Source of the DNA: an uncultured Candidatus Rokubacteria bacterium
GTDB lineage: Bacteria > Methylomirabilota > Methylomirabilia > Rokubacteriales > CSP1-6
NCBI GenBank assembly: GCA_963762145.1
Contig: CAVXJS010000009.1
Span: 416,001 to 480,000 of the forward strand
Direction: 5' to 3'
DNA length: 64,000 nt
The notes under the pieces are model-generated. The model saw only the letters and a program-made list of their open reading frames with translations. It was not told the origin of the DNA and searched no databases. A program made the position numbers and the translations under genes. Below are positions 40,206-49,087 of this stretch, one piece after another (the stretch's first letter is position 1; each line of letters opens with the position of its first letter).

Positions 40206-41819
40206 CTACCGGGTCTCGGCGCGGAAGCGAAACGTCGCGCTCACCGGCAGCGACGGCGCCGGGATCTGCGCCGGCAGCGCCGCGAACGGCTGAGCCAGCC
40301 GCACCGCGCTCATCACGTAGCGGTCGAGCAGCTCCGACCCGGAGGAGCGCCGCAGCGTCGCGCATTCGAGACGGCCCTCGCGACCGATCCGGAACTCCAC
40401 CTGGATATCGCCTCCGACTCCGCCCTCTCCGGCCCCGCGCGGGTACACCATGTGAGCGCGCACGCGCTCGCGGACCCGGGTGACGTAGCCGCGATGCGGC
40501 GGGTCGGGATTGTCCAGATCCACCGTCCCGCCGGCCACCTCCGCGCAGGCCGGCGGCAGCGGAGGCGCCGAGGGCAGCTTCAGGGTGAGCTGCTGCCAGA
40601 GGGCGGGCGCCACGTCCTCGCCGCGGTCGTGCGCCTGCTCGGCCGCGCCCCAGGCCTCGACGGGCCGGCCGAGCCGCTCGAGCAGCTCGGCGAGCCGCAG
40701 GTACGCGGGCCCATACGAGGGATCCACCTGGATCGCGTTCTGGAACGCGGTGATCGCCTCCCCGGTCCGCTCGCGCTTCGCCAGGATCATGCCGATTCCG
40801 ACGTACGCGCGGGGAGCGCGACGGTCGATCCGCAAGACGTCGCGGAGCTCGACGAGGGCTTCCTCCTCGCGCCCGAGGCGGAGCAGGACGAACCCGAGCT
40901 CGGTCCGGGCCTCGGTCTCGCGGAAGTTGATCTTCTTGGCCGCGTCCAGCTCGCGGGCCGCATCCTCCAGCCGGCCCTGGCGCAGGAGCAGGAGGCCCAG
41001 CAGCGTGCGGGGGCGCGCCGCGGTCGGGTCGATCGCGATCGCCTCGCGCACCAGGGCCACGCCCTCGTCCACGCGGCCGATCCGCCCCAGCTCGACGCCC
41101 GCGCCCGACAGCGCGCTGGCCAGCGGGTTCGGATCCCCTCGCCGATGTCCCTCCGCGTGGATGGCGCTCCAGGCGCGGCGCGCGTCCGGATCGAGGCCGA
41201 GAACGCCGCGCGTGAAGTCGTAGCCGCGCATGAGCCGGATCACCCGCGCGGACTGGTCGTCGAAGCGATTGGCGGGCCCGCCGGTCATCACGGTATCGGA
41301 GCGCCCCACCGACGGATGGAACGCGCCGAAGAGGTGCGCGATCTCGTGCGAGAGCACCGCCTCCGGCGCGGTGTTGGCGAGCACGGCGGTGTCGAGGCAG
41401 CCGGTCTGCACCATCGCGTACCGGCCGAAGGTCAGCGCGAAGCCGTACTCGAGCTTCTCGCATCGCTCCGCCGCGAACAGCACGAGCACGTCGGCGGCGC
41501 CCGGCCCCACCTCCCCGCGCACGCGGGCCAGGATGCGGGGAACCGGCGCCGCCGGGCCGATGGTCCACGGCACCACGTCGCGGATCGTCAGACGGATCTG
41601 GAACTGGCGCTCGTAGATGTCGGAGACCGTCTGGACGGTCCGCCGGAGCGCGGCCTCCCAGCCCGGCTGGGCGCGGTACATCTCGTCGGCGACCGCGCGC
41701 AGCGTGACGATCCGGATCTCGGACAGCGAAGCGGGCTGGGCGCGGGCCGGGGGAGCGAGGCACCCGACCAGCGCGGTAAAGGCCACCAGGAACCCGAGCA
41801 CCGGGACCTGTTTGGCCAT
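40206..41819 (-). CDS. Exported metzincin peptidase + TPR + TonB C-terminal domain protein
   Basis: HEIAHLFGAFH and TVM Met-turn; TPRs; YPRGA..VEFRIGREG..RSSGSELLD. Confidence 0.85.
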   Translation of the reverse strand: MAKQVPVLGFLVAFTALVGCLAPPARAQPASLSEIRIVTLRAVADEMYRAQPGWEAALRRTVQTVSDIYERQFQIRLTIRDVVPWTIGPAAPVPRILARVRGEVGPGAADVLVLFAAERCEKLEYGFALTFGRYAMVQTGCLDTAVLANTAPEAVLSHEIAHLFGAFHPSVGRSDTVMTGGPANRFDDQSARVIRLMRGYDFTRGVLGLDPDARRAWSAIHAEGHRRGDPNPLASALSGAGVELGRIGRVDEGVALVREAIAIDPTAARPRTLLGLLLLRQGRLEDAARELDAAKKINFRETEARTELGFVLLRLGREEEALVELRDVLRIDRRAPRAYVGIGMILAKRERTGEAITAFQNAIQVDPSYGPAYLRLAELLERLGRPVEAWGAAEQAHDRGEDVAPALWQQLTLKLPSAPPLPPACAEVAGGTVDLDNPDPPHRGYVTRVRERVRAHMVYPRGAGEGGVGGDIQVEFRIGREGRLECATLRRSSGSELLDRYVMSAVRLAQPFAALPAQIPAPSLPVSATFRFRAETR

Positions 41820-41824
41820 GCGTG

Positions 41825-42460
41825 TCAGGCGAAAGGATCGTCTCCGGGATCTTCGCGCCAGACGTACTCCATGAACCGCGCGGACTGCCGGGCCATGTCG
41901 GTGCCCTGCAGCCGCGCCACCACCGACAAGGCCATGTCGATGCCCGCGGAGACCCCGGACGAGGTGACGAGATCGCCGTCGTCCACCCAGCGCGCCTGAC
42001 GCTGCCACTTCACGCGCGGGCCCTGCTGCACCACCCAGTCCCACGCCACCTTGTTGGAGGTCGCCGGCCGTCCGTCCATGAGGCCGGTGCGCGCCAGCAG
42101 CGCCGAGCCGGTGCACACGGTGGTGGTCACGGCGGCGCGGCGGCTGGCCGCGGTGAGGGCCAGGAGCAGCGGGGCGTTGTTGACCGCCTGGCGGGTGCCG
42201 AAGCCGCCCGGCACGAGCAGCACGTCGTAGGCGGGCGCGTCCGCGAAGGCGTGGTCCGCGTGCGTTGTCGGCCCCTCGCCGCTCTTGATCGGGCCGGCCT
42301 TCTCGGCCACCGTCACGATCTCGAAAAGCCGCTGGACCGAGCCGTCGGGACGGGTCGAGCGGGCGGAGGCGAAGGCCTGCACCGGGCCGTAGACGTCGAG
42401 GACCGTGAAGCCCTCGAAGAGGACCACCGCGACCCGGCGGACCGAGGGCGTGTCGGCCAT
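41825..42460 (-). CDS. DJ-1/PfpI family protein
   Basis: LDVYGP; LVPGG; VCTGS; TSSGVSAGIDM. Confidence 0.93.
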   Translation of the reverse strand: MADTPSVRRVAVVLFEGFTVLDVYGPVQAFASARSTRPDGSVQRLFEIVTVAEKAGPIKSGEGPTTHADHAFADAPAYDVLLVPGGFGTRQAVNNAPLLLALTAASRRAAVTTTVCTGSALLARTGLMDGRPATSNKVAWDWVVQQGPRVKWQRQARWVDDGDLVTSSGVSAGIDMALSVVARLQGTDMARQSARFMEYVWREDPGDDPFA

Positions 42461-42495
42461 GGTGAGGGAGACTATAGCACCCCTCACGGTCACCA

Positions 42496-42533
42496 CCCCT
42501 CACCCTGCCCTCTCCCCTGAGGGGAGAGGGGAA
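42496..42533 (+). repeat. Intergenic copy of the CCCTCACC..GGGGAGAGGG palindromic repeat
   Basis: CCCCTCACCCTGCCCTCTCCCCTGAGGGGAGAGGGGAA. Confidence 0.8.
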
Positions 42534-42597
42534 TGAGGAGGAGAAGCCCTTTGAGGCTCATTGAGTTCGTTGACAAGGTGGCCGGGCGCGGGACACC

Positions 42598-43275
42598 ATG
42601 AACGCCATGCGCGTGGTGGACCTGAGCTTCCCGATCGGCCCGCACTTCCGCTGGACGGTGGCGAGCGAGCGGCGGTCGACCCACGAGGCGGGGGCGAACT
42701 TCCAGTCCACCGTCCTCACCGTGAGCTGCCACGCCTATACCCACGTGGACGCGCCGGTGCACTTCCTGCCCGGCGATCGCGACATCGCCTCGATGCCGGT
42801 GGACCAGTGGATGGGCCCCGCCGCGGTGGTGGACCTCACCCACCTGGGCGAGAACGCGGAGGTGACCGGGGCCGATCTCGAGCGGCGCGCAGGCCACGTC
42901 CAGGCGGGCGACATCGTGCTGCTGCGCACCGACTGGCCGCGCAAGTGCCCGGTGGCGAGCGAGCGCTTCTGGAAGGACGCGCCCTACACCGGGTCCAGCG
43001 CCTGCGAGTGGCTCGTGGCGCGCGGGGCGAAGGCGGTGGGTTACGACTATCCGCCCGACTACTGCATCCGCACCTCGATCTTCTCGCCGGGCACGAAGAT
43101 CACGCGTGAGGAGTGCACCACGCACCACATCTTCTTCCCCAAGGGCATCACGGTGATCGAGTACCTGACCAACCTCGACCAGATCGGCGCGGCGCGCTGC
43201 CGGGTCATCGCGCTGCCGCTCCGGGTGACGGGCGCCGACGGCTCGCCGGTGCGCGCGATCGCCCTGGTGGACTGA
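42598..43275 (+). CDS. Cyclase family (kynurenine formamidase-like) hydrolase
   Basis: HAYTHVDAPVH; IEYLTNL; GADGSPVRAIA; start may be 42607. Confidence 0.92.
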   Translation: MNAMRVVDLSFPIGPHFRWTVASERRSTHEAGANFQSTVLTVSCHAYTHVDAPVHFLPGDRDIASMPVDQWMGPAAVVDLTHLGENAEVTGADLERRAGHVQAGDIVLLRTDWPRKCPVASERFWKDAPYTGSSACEWLVARGAKAVGYDYPPDYCIRTSIFSPGTKITREECTTHHIFFPKGITVIEYLTNLDQIGAARCRVIALPLRVTGADGSPVRAIALVD

Positions 43276-43285
43276 AAGGCTCGCC

Positions 43286-43534
43286 ATGGACGTGACGAAG
43301 GCCCTGGTCAAGCGGGTCGCGGTGTGGACGGTGCTGGGCGTCGTGGGGGGCGGCGTGGCCGCCGATCTACTCTGGCGCCAGAAGGGCGGCCAGGAGCAGG
43401 CCAACCTGCGCGCGCAGCAGACCGAGGAGCTCCAGCGGCTGGAGGGTCAGCTCAAGACGCTGACCGACCAGCTCGCCGCCGAGCGCCTTCGCCGGGAAGC
43501 CCTGGAGCGCTCGCTGAGCGAAGGCCGCAAGTAG
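43286..43534 (+). CDS. Small membrane-anchored coiled-coil protein
   Basis: One TM helix plus heptad-rich C-terminus. Confidence 0.65.
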   Translation: MDVTKALVKRVAVWTVLGVVGGGVAADLLWRQKGGQEQANLRAQQTEELQRLEGQLKTLTDQLAAERLRREALERSLSEGRK

Positions 43535-44292
43535 TGGCGCGCGCGCTCCGGCGCCTCGTCCTTCCCGGCACGCTCCTGCTCCTCCTGGTCGCGCCCACGT
43601 GGAGCCAGGAGCCCGGGCGTCCGCGCAGCCTGCCGGCCGCGGTCGTGAAGATCGTGAGCGGCGACACCATCCACGTCTTCGTCAACGGCGACGTGGAGCC
43701 CGTCCGGTACATCGGGGTGACCGCGCCGGACGCGGGCGACGGCCGTCCCGATTCCGGCGACCCACAGGGCCGGGAGGCCCTGCAATTCAACCGCGGCCTG
43801 ACGAACGCCAAGAACGTACGGCTCGAGCTCGACGTTCTGGAGCGGGACCCCGAGGGCCGGCTCCTGGCCTACGTCTGGGTCGGCGACGTGATGGTCAACG
43901 CGGAGCTGATCGCACACGGACTGGGGCAGGTCGTCACCGGCGGCCCCAACGTCCGGCACCAGGAAACGCTGCTGCGTCGCCAGGAGCAGGCGCGGGCCGC
44001 GAAGCTCGGCATCTGGAAGACGGCGGGGCCGGCGCCTCCCGCGAAAGGCACGTCCCCCGCCGCCCCCCCGACGGCACCGAACGTCGCGCAGGCCCGGCCC
44101 GGCGTGGCGCCGAAGACAGGCTGGAGCTGCCCCCTGACGCATCCGATCAAGGCGGACTTCACGACCTATTCGTCGGAGCGCTGCATCTACTACGTGCCCG
44201 GCAGCAGCGCCTATGCGGAGAGCCGTACCGAGCGCTGCTACGCCACCGAGGACGAGGCCCGCCAGGACGGCTGCCGCCGCTCGCGCCGCTAG
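43534..44292 (+). CDS. Thermonuclease (SNase) family protein with C-terminal Cys-containing domain
   Basis: SGDTI; VRYIGV; GRLLAYV; VNAEL; GIW; CP..PIK..CIYYVPG..ERCY. Confidence 0.88.
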   Translation: MARALRRLVLPGTLLLLLVAPTWSQEPGRPRSLPAAVVKIVSGDTIHVFVNGDVEPVRYIGVTAPDAGDGRPDSGDPQGREALQFNRGLTNAKNVRLELDVLERDPEGRLLAYVWVGDVMVNAELIAHGLGQVVTGGPNVRHQETLLRRQEQARAAKLGIWKTAGPAPPAKGTSPAAPPTAPNVAQARPGVAPKTGWSCPLTHPIKADFTTYSSERCIYYVPGSSAYAESRTERCYATEDEARQDGCRRSRR

Positions 44293-44345
44293 GGTGTCGC
44301 CCTCCGAACCTTGCTCCTGCGCGGTGAACCCGCTATCGTGCATGA

Positions 44346-44717
44346 ATGGCCGGACATCTGATCCTGGTCGTGGACGAGGAAGCCGCCGCGCGGCAGGCTC
44401 TCGTCGACGTGCTGAGCCTCGACGGTCACGAGGTGGACGGGGCGGGCGACGCCGACGGAGCGCTCCTGCTCCTCGACCAGCGGCGCTACGAGCTCGTGAT
44501 GGCCGACGTCCGCATGCCGAAGCTCGACGGCCCCGCGCTGCTCGACGCGCTCGCCGAGCGCTTCGCCGACGCCCTGCCCCAGGTCGTGTTCCTCACCCAC
44601 GTCGCCTTCGATCCGCACTACGGGAGCTTCCTCGCCAACCTCCGGGCGCCCGTGCTCGCGAAGCCGATCAAGCCCGGCCGCGTGCTCGAGCTGGTGACCC
44701 GGATCTTCGCCGCATGA
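44346..44717 (+). CDS. Single-domain response regulator
   Basis: VVDE; ADVRMP; KP. Confidence 0.88.
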   Translation: MAGHLILVVDEEAAARQALVDVLSLDGHEVDGAGDADGALLLLDQRRYELVMADVRMPKLDGPALLDALAERFADALPQVVFLTHVAFDPHYGSFLANLRAPVLAKPIKPGRVLELVTRIFAA

Positions 44718-44730
44718 GCCGGCGGGAATC

Positions 44731-45108
44731 GTGACCACGCGCCCGAGGCTGATCCTGGTGGTGGAGGACGAGAGCAGCCTCCGCGAGCTGATCGCCAACA
44801 TCCTGCTGCTCGACCACCACGAGGTGGACACCGTCCGCGACGGGGCCGAGGCCCTCTACCGCATCGAGCAGCGCGCCTACGACCTGATCATCAGCGACCT
44901 GCAGATGCCGAACCTCGACGGCCCGGGACTGTATACCGCCCTGCGCAAGCGCTTCGGCGAGGCCCTGCCCCGCGTGATCTTCGTCACCGGCCACGCGGAG
45001 GCCGACAAGTTCGTCCCCTTCCTGGCCGAGACCGGCGACCCGGTGCTGACCAAGCCCTTCACGGTGGAGGACCTCCGCACCCTGGTGCAGTGGGTGCTCG
45101 AGACCTGA
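44731..45108 (+). CDS. Single-domain response regulator (paralog of the previous gene)
   Basis: VEDE; SDLQMP; VTG; KPF. Confidence 0.92.
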   Translation: MTTRPRLILVVEDESSLRELIANILLLDHHEVDTVRDGAEALYRIEQRAYDLIISDLQMPNLDGPGLYTALRKRFGEALPRVIFVTGHAEADKFVPFLAETGDPVLTKPFTVEDLRTLVQWVLET

Positions 45109-48100
45109 TCAGAAGCTGACGCCGCCCGGGCGGCCGCCGGGCCCCGGCGCGGTGCTCGAGTCGAGATGCAGCCGCTCGAGCCAGAACGCCATCCCCATCT
45201 CCTCGAAGAGCGCGCGCGCCTCACCCAGGTGCTTGTCCGCGCCCGCCGCGTCGCCGGTCCGGCGGGCGAGCCGGCCGAGCCCCAGGTGGCAGCGCGCGGC
45301 CAGGGTCCGCATCCCGAGCTCGCTCGCCAGGGCCAGCGCGTGCGCGTGGTGGCTGCGCGCCCGGTCGAGATCGGGCGGCTGCTTCTCGGCCGCGGCCAGG
45401 CCCAGCAGCCGGAGGGCGTAGACCATGTTGCCGCGCTCCTTGTGCGCTTCGGCGAGCGCGAGGGCGCGCCGCCCGTCCGCCTCCGCCGCCGCGGCGTGGC
45501 CGGTGAGCAGGCGCACCTCGCCCAGATGGGTGGCGATCAGGGAGAGTCGGCCGAGGCGCTGCATGCTCTGCGCCTGGCGCACCGCCCGCTCGGCCAGATC
45601 GAGCGCGTCCGCGCCCCGTCCCGTGAGCGCGTAGACGATGGCGAGGTCCCCCGCGATGGGCGGGAAGAAAGCGGGCATCTCGGCCGCGAGCTCGATGCCG
45701 CGCTCGAGCACGCCCCTGGCTTCCCACATCTGGCCGCGCCGGACCAGGGTGCCGCCCAGCCCGAGCAGCGCGTACGGGACGCTGTAGGCGTCGCGGCGCG
45801 CCTCGGCCAGGCGCACCCCGTCCTGCGCGACCGCCATCGCCTCGTCGAACTGGCCCAGCTCGGCCAGGGCCCACGCGAGGTGCGCGCGCGTGAGCACCGC
45901 CGCGATGCCGGGCAGCCCGAAGGTCTCGCCGCTCTCGTGAGGCGGCAAGAGCTCCAGGTTGCGTCGCAGGACGGTGACCGCCTCGCGGTAGTCGCCCAGG
46001 GCCCGTCGGCCCGCGCCCACGTTGAAGGTGCCCACGACCCGCAGGCCCAGGTCCCCCGTCTCCTCGGCGATGGCGAGCGCCCGGGCGCCCACCCGCGCCG
46101 CCTCGTCGGTCTCGCCGAGCTCCCAGTGCACGTTGCTCTCGAACGAGAGCGCGCGGGCCAGCCGCGGTCGGTCGTCGAGGGCCTCCGCGTGCGCGGCCGC
46201 CTCGCGCAGGACCTCGAGGCTGCGCGCGTGCTGGCCGAGCGGGACCAGCGCGTTGTGCAGGTCGCAGCGGAGGTCGACCCCGGTGGCGCGCGTCACCGCG
46301 TCCACCGGCCGGTGGGCGAGCGCGGCGAGGGCCCGCTCGAAGAAGGAGACGCTCTCCCAGCTCGCCAATCGCGCCAGCATCCGGCCGCCGGCCTGGCGGC
46401 AGTAGCCCACCGCGCGCTCCCACGCCTCGCCCAGGAAGGCGTGGTGGGCGAGCCGCTCGGTCTGCTCGGCCAGACGGTCGCCCTCGTAGAACTGCTCGAT
46501 GGCCTCCAGGATGCGCGCGTGCAGCGTCCGCCGACGCTCGTGCAGCAGGCTCTCGTATGCGACGTCGTGCACCAGCGCGTGGCGGAAGCCGTACTCGAGA
46601 TCGGGGAAGAGCGCGCGCTGATCGAGCAGGCCCGCGACGTTGAGCTGGTCGAGGCCGCGGCGCACCTCGTCGGTGGGCACGTCGGCGACGGTCTCGAGCA
46701 GGCGCACCGGGACCGTGTCGCCGATGACCGAGGCGGCCTGCAGCAACCGCTTGTCCTCGTACCGCAGCCGGTCGATGCGCGAGGCGATCGTGGCCCGCAC
46801 GGTGGCCGGGACCTCGAGCGCGAGGACGGGACGCGTGAGGCGGTAGGCCCCGCGCTCCCCCGCGAGCGCGCCGGTCTCGACGAGGGTCGTCACGCACTCC
46901 TCGAGGAAGAGCGGATTGCCGTTCGCGCGGTCGGCCACCAGGCGCTTGAGCGGCGTGAGCCCGGGCTCGTCGCCCAGCAGCGCGTCGAGCATGTCGCCGG
47001 TGGCCGGCGGCTCGAGCGCGTCCACGCGCACCTGCGAGTAGCCCGGGTGGCGGCTCCAGCGGTCCACGTGCTCGGGACGGTAGGTCGAGACCACGAGCGT
47101 GTAGGGCGGCAGCGCCTCCACCAGTGCGTCCATCGCGGCGTGGGTCTCGGAGTCCACCCACTGCATGTCCTCCAGGATCATCACGAAAGGCTGCTGGCGT
47201 CCCTGGCGCGTGACGAGCCGGTGCACGGTGCGCATCACCTGGCGGCGGCGGCGATCGGGATCCATGTCGCTGACCGCGCCGTCCTGCGGCACGCCGAGCA
47301 CCCAGAGGATCGCGGACACGCCCTCCTCGAGGTCGGGATCGAGCGCGCGCAGGCGCGCGGCGACCTTGTCGCGGACCGTCGCCGGGTCGTCGCCGCTCTC
47401 GACCTGGAAGTACCGGCGGTGCAGCTCCACCCCCGGCCGGTAGCCGGCGGCGCGGCCGTAGGAGACCGCGGGCGCCTCGATGACGAGACAGCCCCGGGCC
47501 CGGCAGCGCCGGGCGAACTCGAGGCAGAGACGCGACTTGCCCACTCCCACGTCGCCCACCAGGGACACGACCTGGCCGGTGCCGGCCAGCATCGCGTCGA
47601 GCGCCTCGTCGAGGCGGGCCAGCTCCGTCTCGCGCCCCACGAGCGGCGAGCGCGCGCGCGGCGAGGCCGCGTCGAGTCGCGAGCGGATCGGCACCGCCCC
47701 GCTGATCTCGTGCACGTCGACCGGCGCCTGGAGGCCGCGCACCGGCACCGGTCCGAGGGCGCGCGTGGCCACGCGGCCCCGCACCAGCGCGACGGTGGGC
47801 TCGGTGGCCAGGATCGAGGCGGGCTTGGCCATCTGCTCCATGCGGGCGGCCAGGTGCACGGTCTGGCCCACCGCGGTGTAGGTGAACGAGAGATCGCTGC
47901 CGATGGAGCGCGCCACCACCTCGCCCGAGTTGAGGCCCACCCGGATCTGCAGCGGCAACCCGAGCGAGCGCTGCAGCGCGTCGCCGAAGGCGAGCATCCG
48001 CGTCTGCATGCGCAGGGCCGCGTAGCAGGCGCGCACCGCGTGGTCCTCGTTGGCGAGCGGCGCGCCGAAGAGGGCCATGATCCCGTCGCCCATCACCTGG

Positions 48101-48423
48101 TTGACGGTGCCCTCGTAGCGGTGCACCGCCTCCATCATCAGGTCGCGCACCTGGTCGATGACCGGCCCGATCTCCTCGGGGTCGCGCTCGCCGACCGCCT
48201 CGATCATGCCGTGGATGCCGGCGAACAGCACGGTCACCTGCTTGCGCTCGCCCTCGAGCGCCTCGCGCGAGTCGAGGATGCGCTGGGCGAGGTGCGGCGG
48301 GGTGTAGACGCCCGGCGAGGTGAAGCGCGCGGAGTCGCCTCCGCCGATCCGGCTGCCGCACGCGGGACAGAATCGCGCGCCGTCGGGCGCGGAGTTGGCG
48401 CAGCGGGGGCATGGCTGGCTCAT
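45109..48423 (-). CDS. Zinc ribbon + class III cyclase + STAND ATPase + TPR protein
   Basis: CPRC..CPAC; MGDGIMALFGAP; LAARME; GDVGVGKS; GNPLF. Confidence 0.92.
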   Translation of the reverse strand: MSQPCPRCANSAPDGARFCPACGSRIGGGDSARFTSPGVYTPPHLAQRILDSREALEGERKQVTVLFAGIHGMIEAVGERDPEEIGPVIDQVRDLMMEAVHRYEGTVNQVMGDGIMALFGAPLANEDHAVRACYAALRMQTRMLAFGDALQRSLGLPLQIRVGLNSGEVVARSIGSDLSFTYTAVGQTVHLAARMEQMAKPASILATEPTVALVRGRVATRALGPVPVRGLQAPVDVHEISGAVPIRSRLDAASPRARSPLVGRETELARLDEALDAMLAGTGQVVSLVGDVGVGKSRLCLEFARRCRARGCLVIEAPAVSYGRAAGYRPGVELHRRYFQVESGDDPATVRDKVAARLRALDPDLEEGVSAILWVLGVPQDGAVSDMDPDRRRRQVMRTVHRLVTRQGRQQPFVMILEDMQWVDSETHAAMDALVEALPPYTLVVSTYRPEHVDRWSRHPGYSQVRVDALEPPATGDMLDALLGDEPGLTPLKRLVADRANGNPLFLEECVTTLVETGALAGERGAYRLTRPVLALEVPATVRATIASRIDRLRYEDKRLLQAASVIGDTVPVRLLETVADVPTDEVRRGLDQLNVAGLLDQRALFPDLEYGFRHALVHDVAYESLLHERRRTLHARILEAIEQFYEGDRLAEQTERLAHHAFLGEAWERAVGYCRQAGGRMLARLASWESVSFFERALAALAHRPVDAVTRATGVDLRCDLHNALVPLGQHARSLEVLREAAAHAEALDDRPRLARALSFESNVHWELGETDEAARVGARALAIAEETGDLGLRVVGTFNVGAGRRALGDYREAVTVLRRNLELLPPHESGETFGLPGIAAVLTRAHLAWALAELGQFDEAMAVAQDGVRLAEARRDAYSVPYALLGLGGTLVRRGQMWEARGVLERGIELAAEMPAFFPPIAGDLAIVYALTGRGADALDLAERAVRQAQSMQRLGRLSLIATHLGEVRLLTGHAAAAEADGRRALALAEAHKERGNMVYALRLLGLAAAEKQPPDLDRARSHHAHALALASELGMRTLAARCHLGLGRLARRTGDAAGADKHLGEARALFEEMGMAFWLERLHLDSSTAPGPGGRPGGVSF

Positions 48424-48461
48424 CGAGGTAGAGGCAGTCTACCATCGCGGCGGAAGGCGGC

Positions 48462-48497
48462 TTGACACTCCCGGACCGCGCATCTAAAGTGCGCGCC
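48462..48497 (+). promoter_or_regulatory. Sigma70 promoter, leaderless configuration
   Basis: TTGACA-N17-TAAAGT-N7-ATG(48498), no SD. Confidence 0.75.
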
Positions 48498-49082
48498 ATG
48501 TCGCGACGGGTTTTCGCCCTCCTGGCCCTCGTGCTCGTGTCCGCCGGCTGCGCCGGGCGCGACTTCAAGCGGCCCGCGCCCGAGAGCCTGGCCGTCGGGC
48601 AGGCGACGGAGGCGGAGATTCGCCAGCGGTTCGGCACGCCCTACCGCGAAGGCACCGTCCTCAAGAACAACGAGACGATGAAGATCCTCAGCTACGCCTA
48701 CGCGACGACGGCCTCGTCGGCTCCGGGCGGCCTGGTTCCGGCCCGCGCTCAGGAGTTCTACCTCTGGCGGGACGTGCTCGTCGGCCACCACTTCACCAGC
48801 TCCTTCCCGGACGACAAGACGGACTTCGACGGCACGAGGGCGTCCGAGATCAAGAAGGGCGAGACGACGGAGGCGGCCGTGGTGAGCCTGCTCGGACCGC
48901 CCCACGGCGCCTACCGCTACCCGCTCATCGCCGACAAGGACGCGCGCGCGGGCGTCTACCTGTTCGAGCAGGTGAAGGGCACCTCGTTCAACCTGAAGCT
49001 CTACCGCCAGATCCTGGTCGTCCAGTACGACGGCGCGGGCGTGGTCAAGGACCTCGAGTACACCGCCACCGGCGAGCGCTGA
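48498..49082 (+). CDS. Lipoprotein with two BamE/SmpA-like repeats
   Basis: Lipobox SAGC; GQATEAEIRQRFGTP and GETTEAAVVSLLGPP. Confidence 0.75.
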   Translation: MSRRVFALLALVLVSAGCAGRDFKRPAPESLAVGQATEAEIRQRFGTPYREGTVLKNNETMKILSYAYATTASSAPGGLVPARAQEFYLWRDVLVGHHFTSSFPDDKTDFDGTRASEIKKGETTEAAVVSLLGPPHGAYRYPLIADKDARAGVYLFEQVKGTSFNLKLYRQILVVQYDGAGVVKDLEYTATGER

Positions 49083-49087
49083 CCCGC

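Noticed and set aside
45166-48637. Long antisense and alternative-frame ORFs (also 9452-12295, 19228-21417, 22330-24552)
   Set aside because: Shadow ORFs typical of high-GC DNA; low complexity and no motifs
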